From contig CM075989.1 of NCBI GenBank assembly GCA_038087875.1, positions 3,286,001 to 3,350,000 on the forward strand: 64,000 nt of DNA. Reading direction: 5' to 3'. How positions within the stretch are numbered: the first letter of the stretch is position 1; each line of letters opens with the position of its first letter. This stretch comes from Malacoraja senta. Lineage: Eukaryota. Shown here piece by piece: positions 22,758-32,870 of this stretch. Made by a program: the position numbers and the translations under genes. The notes below the pieces were generated by a model. The model ran no database searches, was not told the DNA's origin, and saw only the letters and a program-made list of their open reading frames with translations.

Positions 22758-23764
22758 GGCCCGCATTCTACTAATTTTCTTAAACCCAACACCAGGTTTA
22801 ACTGCAATTTAGACTCGATGGCAGGTTTAAATCCCTGATATTTAGACTAAAGTCTAAGTTGCCTTTCTACTAATCGCCAAAGCTTAGACTGACCTTAGAC
22901 TAGAGTCTAACTTGCCGCGAAATTTAGACTCAGCAGGGGGCAGGTTTAAGGAAGGTTTAAGCTCACTACAGAGAGGAAAAAATGGCCGACGAGCTGGAAG
23001 CACTGCGGAGAGCAGAACGATTTGATGAGATCGAAAGGATTGCCCTACAAGCTGGGAGACTGGAGAATCATGTCGCTGACTACGCTCATCCTTTTTTTTA
23101 AGTGTCCGCATCATCATCGAATGGATTTCTGATCTGTAAGAAATCGTGGGGGTTCAGATCCCCGATAAGCATACACATGGGTGATGGGTTGGGAGACGGT
23201 GGGCCTCCACCCGTTTGCCTCACGCTCTTCTTGTGAGAAGACCACTCTACCTTCGCTTGCAACGTCATTCTCTTCCATTGCTCACAAAGGTCACGAAGAT
23301 CTCTGCGGCTGCCAAACCGCGACTGGAACTACGAATAAATCGCATTCCATGCCTTGTTCTTTTCAACTGTTGCCTGGAAATTGCACCTTTTTTCTCGAGA
23401 ATTGTAATTTTATCGGCTAGTAACGTCAGGAGAAATTCTTTCTCGCTGGTGTCCCAGTATCCTTTCCGCTGTTTCTTTTTGTCAACCATGTTGAAGTTGT
23501 CGCCTGCTCGTGCTTCTGCTATTGCATTGCACATGTGCAGTACAAGCAGACATCGTCACCATGGCAACTAAAACGCGGTCTAACTTTAGACTCAGCTAAA
23601 ACCAAAGTCTAAAGTTAGACTCGCCTTAGACTTTAGTCTAACTAAACCTCGCTACCAGAATACCACATTTTTCTTAAACCGAACGTCGGGTTTAGTTAGA
23701 CCGAGCGGCAGGTTTAAGATGAGTTTAAGGAAAGTCTAACTTTGCAATTAGTAGAATATGGGCC
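22758..23764 (-). mobile_element. Non-autonomous PIF/Harbinger element carrying only the Myb/SANT gene
   Basis: TIRs ggcccgcattctactaatt / aattagtagaatatgggcc; 3-bp TTT duplication (22755-57, 23765-67) inside a Penelope-derived repeat; ttagact subterminal repeats. Confidence 0.8.
23098..23489 (-). pseudogene. Myb/SANT-like DNA-binding protein (Harbinger second gene; MSANTD/NAIF1-type)
   Basis: MVDKKKQRKGYWDTSEKEFLLTLLADKITILEKK, frameshift, then CNFQATVEKNKAWNAIYS*FQSRFGSRRDLRDLCEQWKRMTLQAK...RQTGGGPP...NPFDDDADT*. Confidence 0.8.
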
Positions 23765-24254
23765 TTTGTGTCTAATTCTACACTCAAGTCCCTGACTGAT
23801 GAAGGCCAGGGTGGCAGAGGCTTTCTTCACCACTGTATCTACCTGTGATGGCGCTTGCGGGGATCTATGTACTTGTCTCTGCTCCACAGAACTATTTTCC
23901 TTTTTTAGGTTTACTCTAAGGTTGCAAACATCTTCCATATCCCAGATGTCGACTCGTCTCCAGGTGGCTCCTGTATTGCAATTATTTGAAGTCCTCAGTT
24001 CAGAGAAGTTCTTTTGTGGGAAGGAACTGCAGATGCTGGTTTAAACCGAAGATGGACACAAAATGCAGGAGTAACTCGGCAGGAGAGGCAGCATCTCTGG
24101 AGAGAAGGAATAGGTGATGTTTCATTTTTTGAAGAAGGGCCTCGACCCGAAACATCACCAATTCCTTCTCTCCAGAGATGCTGCCTCTCCCGCTGAGTTA
24201 CTCCAGCTTTTTGGTTCTATCTCCAGAGAGGTTCTTGTCAGTTTTTGTTTCGTT

Positions 24255-24540
24255 TTTAGTTTTAGAGTGCAGAAACAGGCCCTTCGGCCCACTGAGTCCA
24301 CACCGACAAGCGATCCCTGCACATTAACACTATCCTACATTAGGGACAATTTTTACATTTATACCAAGCCAATTAACCTACAAACCTGTAGGTTTTTGGA
24401 GTGTGGGAGGAAACCGATGTTTTCGGAGAAAACTCACACAGGTCACGGGGAGAACGTACAAACTCCATACAGACGGCATCGGTAGCCAGGATCGAGCCTG
24501 GGTCTCAGGCGCTGTAAGCGCTGTAAGGCAACAACTTTAC
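24255..24540 (-). mobile_element. HE1-like SINE
   Basis: Reverse complement of head, core and tail. Confidence 0.85.
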
Positions 24541-25504
24541 CACTTGTCAGTAGGTGGCCTTGTTTGGCTCTGATGAGTTCATTTGTTGGTGTCTGCTGCC
24601 TGCCACTGATAAGCCACATCAGTTTACGGATGGGTTCCTGCACGCTGTACATTCTCAACCAGGTTATCAACATGGTGTCATTTCTTTCCTCTTACAAGGC
24701 ATTTGACCTGCCAATGAGTCTTGCTGAACTGCACAAGATTCTTTTTTAATCTCTGGGATTTTGTGCCCAGAATCTTATTCTTCAGGCTATTCTGGTTTCC
24801 ATGACGTTCTGAGCATTGAGTTTAATCCTCCCTTTAGTCAGAGGCTGGTGAATCTGTGGAATTCATTGCCACAGAAGGCTGTCGAGGCCAGGTCAATGGA
24901 TATTTTTAAGGCAGTGATAGATAGTTTCTTGATTAGTAGGGGTGAAGGGGGTTATGGGGAGAAGGCAGGAGAATGGGGTTAAGAGGGAAAGATTGATCAG
25001 TCATGATTGAATGGTGGAGTAGACTTGATGGCCTAATTTTGCTCCTATCACTAATGAACATGGATTTATAATCCCCATCCATCCTTTTTTTCTTTAGCCT
25101 AAACAGGTGCCATTAACCTGTGCTGTTTGGCCTGAACCGTTTATGTGTAGGAAGGAACTGCAGATGCTGGTTTACACCGAAGATAGACACAAAGTGCTAG
25201 AGTAACTCAATGGGTCAGGCAGCATCTCTGGGTGAAAGATATAGGTGACATTTCGGGTTGAGACCCCTCTTTGACCCATTGAGTTACTTCAACATTTAGT
25301 GTCTATCTGAAGCATTAACGATGATTTCAGCTCCTCGCACCTGCTGAGTTTTTCCAGATCTTTCTCTTTTAATTTCAGGTCCCCACCAATTGCTTGATTT
25401 TCTTATACTTCTCCACGCCTGCAGTCCCTTCCTCTTCATTGGCCTTGGTGCATCATTGTCACCCTGTACCAAGATAGAACAGAAATATTCCAAACCTTCA
25501 TTAA

Positions 25505-25780
25505 GGGTGGCACGGTGGCTGCCTTACAGCACCAGAGACCCGGGTTCGATCCTGACTACGGGTGCTGTCTGTACGGAGTTTGTACATTCTCCCCGTGATT
25601 GCATGGGATTTCTCCGGATGCTCCGGTTTCCTCGCACAGAGCAAGGACTTACAGGTTTGTAGGTTAATTGACTTCGGTAAAAAATTGTAAATTGTCCCTA
25701 GTGTGTGTAGGATAGTGTAGGATCGCTGATCGGCGTAGACTCGTTGGGCCAAAGAGCCTGTTTCCGCGCTGTATTGCTAA
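25505..25780 (+). mobile_element. HE1-like SINE (tail interrupted by a MITE)
   Basis: B-box and core; tail resumes after 26031. Confidence 0.85.
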
Positions 25781-26030
25781 AGGATCTGTCCCACTTTCAC
25801 GACCTAATTCACGACCTCTGCCGAGTTTGCCCTTGACTCATACTCGCAGCATGGTCGTCACGAGGTTGGAGGAGGTCGGAGGTAGGTCGTGGGTAGGTCG
25901 TGGGTAGGTCGTGATGCTAGTCGTAGGTACTCGTGGCATCAATTGGGTCGGGGCGTTTTTTCTAGCCTGATGAAAAATGTCCATGAGTAAAAAAGGTCGT
26001 GAATTAGGTCGTGAAAGTGGGACAGGCCCA
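25781..26030. mobile_element. PIF/Harbinger MITE (250 bp)
   Basis: TIRs aggatctgtcccactttcacgacctaattcacgacc / ggtcgtgaattaggtcgtgaaagtgggacaggccca; TAA and TTA flanks. Confidence 0.85.
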
Positions 26031-26397
26031 TTAAACTAAACTAAATTAAGGTTTGAAAGTGCATTAAACCTGTTATTTAACAATGAACTGAAAGCATTCT
26101 TATTTAGCAACTTGTCAAAGTTATAACATACGTGTCACTTGGTTGTCCCTTATGTTGATGAATACTCTGTTGAATGTCTGCAGTTGTACAGTAGAGAGCA
26201 TATTGATTAGTTGCATCATGGCCTGCTACAGTAACTCGGACCGACTGGAACAAAGGACGCCGCAGAGAGTGGTGGACACTGCCCAGTCCAGTTCATCAAC
26301 TGACCTCCACACAAAGAACGGGATTTACAGGAAGGACTGCCTCAAGAAGACAGCTACTATCATCAAAGCCACACACCACTAAACCTACAACACCACA

Positions 26398-26825
26398 GGG
26401 CGGCACGGTGGCACAGCGGTAGAGTTGCTGCCTTACAGCGCTTGAAGCGCCAGAGCCCTGGGTTCAATCCCGATTATGGGTGCTGTCTGTACGGAGTTTG
26501 TACGTTCTCCCCATGACTGCGTGGGTTTTCGCCGAGATCTCCGGTTTCCTCCCACACTCCAAAGACATACAGGTTTGCAGGTCTGAAGAAGGGTCTCGAA
26601 CCGAAACCTCACCCATTCCTTCTCTCCAGAGATGCTGCCTGTCCCGCTGAGTTACTCCAGCTTTTTGTGCTTATCTCGGGTTTGCAGGTTATTTGGCTTG
26701 GTGTCTGTGTAAATTGTCCCTAGTGTGTGTAGGGTAGTGTTAATGTGTGGGGATCGCTGGTCGGCACAGACCCGGTGGGCCGAAGGGCCTGTTTCCATGC
26801 TGTATCTCTAAACTGAACTAAACCA
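26398..26825 (+). mobile_element. HE1-like SINE interrupted by a Penelope-derived unit
   Basis: Full tRNA-like head; insertion 26583-26678 flanked by GGTTTGCAGGT duplication. Confidence 0.85.
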
Positions 26826-28900
26826 CCCTGACCATGTGCAAGTGCCTGAGAATCATGACCTCTATGTTCAAGAACTGCTTCTTCCAAGCAACCTTCAAGT
26901 ACTTGGGCCAGAGTGCACATCCCTCACCACAACCTCACCAACCATCAACCAGCAATTCTGTTATGGTTGCATTATATATTTTGGTTTGCACAATTATAAT
27001 CTGGTTGCCTAGTATTACTGACATTTATTGTATTATTGATTAATGTATATTTATTTAGTGTAGTTTCGAGATACAGCGCAAAACGGGCCCTTCAGCCCAC
27101 CGAATCTGTGCCGACCGGTGGTCCCCAGGCAAATATGGCAAATGAATCTGAATCTGCAGAGTTTTTCAGTCATACCTAGCCAGGTTCGAGCCTGGGTCTC
27201 CGGCGCTGTGAGGCAGCAACTCTAACGCTGCGCCACCGTGCCGCCCCACGATGTTGTGTTGTGGTGTTAATGGGCTTGTAAAGCTGTAGTAAGTAAGTGT
27301 TTCATTGAACATAGACGCCAAATGCTGGAGTTACTCCAGCGTTTTGTGTCTACCTTCAATTTAAACCAGCATCTGCAGTTCCTTCCTACACAAGTGTTTC
27401 ATTGATCCATTGCTGGTGCCATTGTTAATTACACATCCTCTGACAAAGCTATGCCCTCTAGTCTTTGACGTTTTCATGCCGGGCAAAAGGTTCTGACGGT
27501 CTACCTGTGTAGGAAAGACCTCCAGATGCTGATTTAAATTGGTAGACACACAAAGCTGGAGTAACTCAGCGGGACAGGCAGCAGCTCTGGAGAGAAGGAA
27601 TGGATGACGTTTCGGGTCGAGACCCTTCTTCAGACTGATCTGTTTCGGGTCGAGACCCTCCTTCAGTCTGAAGAAGGGTCTCAACCTGAAACGTCACCCA
27701 TTCCTTCTCTCCAGAGATGCTACCTGTCCCACTGAGTTACTCCAGCATTTTGTGTCTACCCTGACCTGTGCCTCTCATAATTTTATAGACTTCCATATTC
27801 TCCCCCCTGTCTCTGATGTTCCAGAGAAAACAATCTAGGTTTGTCCATTATCCGTAATTTAGTTTAGTTTAGTGATACAGCATGGAAACCGGCCCTTCGG
27901 CACACAGTCCTTGCCGACCAGCGATCACCCCGCACTATCCTACAGACTAGGGACAATTTTCAATTCTTACCAAAGCCAGTTAACCTACAAACCTTGGATA
28001 GACACAAAAAGCCAGAGTAATTCAACGGGTCAGGCAGCATCTCTGGAGACTTTTCAGGCCAAGAACCCGAAACTCAACTCAATTCAGACCAGTCTCGTCC
28101 CGAAACATCACCTATTCCTTCTCTCCAGAGATGCTGTCTGGCTCGCTGTGTTATTCCAGCATTTTGTGTGTTTATCTTCAGCATCTGCAGTTTCTTCCTA
28201 CCCAATCTACAAACCTGTGCGTCTTTGGAGTGTGGGAGGAATGGTCTCGACCAGAAACGTCACCTATTCCTTCTCTCCAGAGATGCTGCCTGTCCCACTG
28301 AGTTACTCCAGCTTTTTGTGTCTATCTTCGGTTTAAACCAGCATCTGCAGTTCCTCCCGACACAGGAACTTTGTGAGAATCCCAGGCCATGAAAAGCACT
28401 ACATTAATGCAAGCTTTTTACTGTGGTAAAGAAACATTTCCCGATAAAAGAACAAGGGGCAGTGTCAGATGATTCAGCAATCATGTCCGCGCGCTGTGTA
28501 AATTGCAAGTCCCTGGTGCTGTGAAGATCAATAGAAGCCGTGAGCAGTTTTCCCAATAATGTCAGCACCACTTACTGTGTGAAAGACACTGCTTTAAATA
28601 TCACCTTAGAATAGCCAGGGAGACGTGAGGTTAATCTAAATGTTGTGTTTTTTTTGGCTGGGATCCTGAACGGTTGTCACCATCTCTAAATAATTAATTT
28701 CCATCCTATGGATCTGCGTTTAGTCACCTATTACTGTATTGCTGTCACAAGAAGCTTGAAATTTCACATCATTAATATCATAACTTGTGCACCACAGCAA
28801 CTTTCATTTCCATGAGGTAGGATTAAGTTTAGGTTTATTATTGTCACATGTAGCAAGGTACAGTGAAAAGCTTTTCCTTGCATGGTATCAAATCAAATCA

Positions 28901-29200
28901 GGGCAGCACGGTGGCGCAGTGGTAGAGTTGCTGCCTTACAGCACCAGAGACCCGGGTTCGTTCCTGACTACGGGTGCTGTCTGTATGGAGTTTGTACGTT
29001 CTCCCCGGGACCTGATTGGGTTTTCTCCTGGACCTCTGGTTTCCTCCCACACTTTTGTAGACTATTTGGCTTGGTATCATTGAAAATTTTCCCTAGTGTG
29101 TGTAGTTTAGCGTTAGCGTGCGGGGATTGCTGGTCAGCGCGGACTCGGTGGGCTGAAGGGCCTGGTTCCACGCTGTATCTATGAATTAAACTAAATTGAA
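28901..29200 (+). mobile_element. HE1-like SINE
   Basis: Head, core, tail. Confidence 0.85.
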
Positions 29201-29402
29201 CAAATCATAATACCGTATAATAATTATACAATCATAAATCCTATTTAATTTTATAGACTTCTGTATTCTCCCCCCAGTCTCTGTAATAATAATAATAATT
29301 ATATATTTTATTTATGGGCGCCTTATACCAAAGTCTCAAGGACACCTTACAGAGTTTAACAAGCAAGAAACATATAATCGGAGTAAAATAAATTATAAAG
29401 AC

Positions 29403-31758
29403 ATCACCAGTACACAAATTAAAGACAGAATTCGATCCAAAGACACAACAACAACAAAATCAGAAACACAATGTGAAGAGAGAGCAGCGGCAGCTAAACC
29501 GCGCCAGCGTCCACTCTCCCTTCCGACCGCCATCTTGGACACAGACTAAAATAGACTCTACATACAAAAATCATCCCCCCACAATGGTTACCACTCTGGG
29601 GGAAGGCACAATGTAGTTCCAGAAAAAACAATCCAGGTTTGTCTATTATCTATCTCAGGTCCCTTGACTATTATTCATTCCTCAATCACTAAAATGGACT
29701 ACACAATCAATCCAAGTGTGGGTAAAGAGAAAATACCAGAGTGCAGAATATAGTTTCTCAGCATTGTAGCTAAACATTATAGTTCCAGAGAAAAAGTTAA
29801 TTGGCCACAATGTCGAATGTCAAGTGAGTTATGTCACTAAACAGAGGACATTGCAGGTTGGGTCCCCTCTTCAGACAGATCGAGCATCCCGACCCAAAAC
29901 ATTATCTGTCCTCGTCCCAGTACAGATGCTGCTTGACCCACTGAGTTCCTCCAGCACTTTGTTTTTTACTCAGGATTCCAGCATCGGCAGAATCAAAGAA
30001 TTGCACATGCTGGTTGATACCAAAGGTAGACACAAAGTGATGGAGTAAGTAAGCGGGTCAAGCGATATCTCTGGATAAAACCCAGTATCTCTGGATTATG
30101 GGTCAGGACCCTTCGTCAGTCTGATGAATGGTCCCAACCTGAAACATCACCCATCCTTTTTCTCCAGAGATGCTACCGGACATGTTGAGTTACTCCAGCA
30201 TCTGCAGTCTCTTGTTTCTTGTGTATGAAGGAACTGCAGATACTGGTTTAAACCAAAGATCGACACAAAAAGCTGGAGTAACTCAGCAGGACAGGCAGCA
30301 TCTCTGGAGAGAAGGAATTCCGTCTGTCCCGCTGAGTTTTGTGTCTGTCTCTTGTCTCTGTCCAATGTCACTTCATGGGTACATACCAAATAAATTTGAC
30401 ACCAGGCCATGAAAGGAGTTATCTGGAGAAGTGCCAGATGGAGGAGTAATTAAGGAGAGCTCCAAAGCACCTTGAGAGGCAGGGGAGCGCAGGTGGGAAG
30501 AAGAGCGGAACTCGCTATCAAAACATGGAGGGGACGGGGGACACAATTTTTTGGCGGCTGCGCGCGCATGCGCACACTCACACACAAGCGCGCGAGGTTT
30601 CGGAGGCTTAATTCAGCGCTAAATGCAGCTCAACGCTGCCTGTCTCACCGGGTTAACCTACAGCCCTGGCTGGACTGATGGGTCACCAGCGCTGCTTCTC
30701 CGCGCTGGCCATATTTCCCGCAAGTCCAGGCAGGACAGGCAGAGTTGAGCTGGGTTTAGCGCTGTTTCTCTGCGCTGGCTGTGGGCCTGGGGGCACAGCT
30801 CCCGTCTGACTCCCGACCTCTCTGGCCACCCGTCGGGGGTGGGGGGGGCACTCGGGTGGGGACAGGACGGCGCTGGAGACCTGACCGGGATCGATCCTGC
30901 CTGCGGATGAGGCGCAAGTCTGTGCCACGTCTCCCTCCTCCAATCGCCGCGCTCTATCCTCAGTCTCACCCCCCCCCCCCTCCACTCCTCCCTCCTCCAA
31001 TCACCGCGCCCTCGATCAGCAGTCCCAACCCCACTGTCTCGCGGAAAGCGGAGATTTTAAAATACGGATCACAAAAACTTGGGGGGATGTCCCCCACCAC
31101 TCAAAACATGGGGGGGACGTGTAGCCTCTGGCTCCCCCCCATCCCCCCCCGGGTTTTCCGCCCCTGGGTGGGAAACATGAGACCTGAGCAGCTGAAGCCT
31201 CAATGACTGTTCACAAGGGAGGTCAGGATAGCGGAGACAGGACGCGGTGCCAGAGACGGCTGTAGAGTGCAACTAAAGCACCGTGACCGCATTTCAAAAC
31301 AAAGGACAGGAACGTTAACATTCGAACCAGAAGCAAACACAAGAATTTGTGTAGGAAGGAACTGCAGATGCTGGTTTAAATCGAAGATAGACACAAAATG
31401 CTGGAGTAACTCAGCGGGACAGGCAGCAGCATCTCTGGAGAGAAGGAATGGGTGAAGATTCAGGTCGAGACGCTTCTTCAGACCAGAAGCAAGCACGAGA
31501 ATGTTGGATAAGAAGAATTGTGCAAATTAGGCTCATGTTTGCGAAGTTTATGAAGGCTGCAGGGGATGGTGGCTGAGAGAGTGTTGGTGTAGTGGAGGAT
31601 AACAGCAACAAGGGTACATGGGTCAGTGTCCAACCTCACCCAGATTCAGTATTAACTCAACATCAAGTCTGACGCAGGGTCTCGACCCGAAACGTCGCCC
31701 ATTCCTTCTCTCCAGAGATGCTGCCTGTCCCGCTGAGTTACTCTAGCATTTTGTGTCT
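29403..31758 (+). repeat. Direct duplication of host DNA, copy 1 (2356 bp)
   Basis: Colinear with and highly similar to 36097-38441 from atcacca.tacacaaattaaagac to gcattttgtgtct. Confidence 0.95.
30500..31166. mobile_element. Non-autonomous hAT element, copy 1
   Basis: 8-bp TSD GGTGGGAA (30492-99, 31167-74); right TIR ttttccgcccctg, left TIR degenerate gaagagcggaa. Confidence 0.75.
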
Positions 31759-31814
31759 TTGATGCCGATATCAGCGAACGCTGGGCCACGTTTGAAATTG
31801 ATTACCAGCACTAC

Positions 31815-32870
31815 ATGAACATTGTACACCGAAATGAACCAGATGCTATTAAGGCCTCTCTCTTGCTCAACCTTGCGGGACCTGGTGCCCTTCGTCGATC
31901 CAGAACATTCCGTTATGCTCCGGCTATCCGTGATGCCCATGACCAGGTAATTACACCGGTGGAGTCTCCCACTGACCCTAATGTTTTGCTGCGTAAACTG
32001 GCTCAGATCTGTGACCTGCCCTCAAATCACATTTTGAACAGGGCAAGGTATTTCTCTCGTCGTCAACTTCCCGGGGAACGAGTGGACTCATATATTTCTT
32101 CTTTAATGTATCTAGCCCAACGTTGTCGATTTCAGGAAATGCCAGCGGATCAGTTGACTGATCAGTTAACGAGGGATATTTTAGTGAATGGTATCACCGA
32201 TGAAAAGCTCAGATCAGAGCTCTTGAAACGGCCAGAGTTATCGCTAGATGACGCGGCGCATGCATGCAGAACGGCTGAACTTGTTGATCCTATAGACATT
32301 CCACATGAAAGCAATACCATCAATCTGACGGGCCTCACTAGGCAGCGGACATACACAGATAACAGCCGATCTAAGATCCAAGCTAGCCAGGCAGCTCTCA
32401 GCGTTCCTTCACAGAAATGTCCTAACTGCGGCTATATACACAGCAGGCAATCCACCTGCCCCGCCCTCGGGAAGGTTTGTAATTACTGCAAAAAGCTAAA
32501 TCACTTTGCCTCAGCCTGTCGGGCTGCTATCAGGGCCCGAGGAAAGAATGCGCCCAGTCCCAAGTCTAATCTCAATTTTTTGCAACGAGACAGCAACATA
32601 CTGACTCCCCATTTCCAGCTCGAAGCCGCCCCCGAATGTATTTCATTTGACTCGCAAGTCGATCCTACTGTTTACATGTTACAGCATGCTGCTGCCAAGA
32701 ACTCTGATCCTACAGTGACGATATCTGTAAACAATGTTGCTTTTGCGCGAAACTGGATACGGGGGCGAGAGTCAATACAATGTCAATCAACCTTTTTAAC
32801 AGGATCAGGGCTAACGAGCCACTTGTCAAGGACGCGTCCACTTTACATGCTTTTGGTGGGGAGGTGCTAG
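31815..32870 (+). CDS. gag: Gypsy Gag (frame opens upstream at the junction, VFDADISERW..; gag-like homology ends ~32743)
   Basis: RQLPGERVDSYISSL..RDILVNGITDEKLRSELL capsid-like region; CPNCGYIH..C and CNYCKKLNHFASAC zinc knuckles. Confidence 0.88.
   Translation: MNIVHRNEPDAIKASLLLNLAGPGALRRSRTFRYAPAIRDAHDQVITPVESPTDPNVLLRKLAQICDLPSNHILNRARYFSRRQLPGERVDSYISSLMYLAQRCRFQEMPADQLTDQLTRDILVNGITDEKLRSELLKRPELSLDDAAHACRTAELVDPIDIPHESNTINLTGLTRQRTYTDNSRSKIQASQAALSVPSQKCPNCGYIHSRQSTCPALGKVCNYCKKLNHFASACRAAIRARGKNAPSPKSNLNFLQRDSNILTPHFQLEAAPECISFDSQVDPTVYMLQHAAAKNSDPTVTISVNNVAFARNWIRGRESIQCQSTFLTGSGLTSHLSRTRPLYMLLVGRC

Noticed and set aside
29403..31758. The 2.35-kb direct repeats interpreted as giant LTRs
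   Set aside because: No TG...CA ends or PBS, made of nested host repeats, and a true 206-bp LTR follows the PPT
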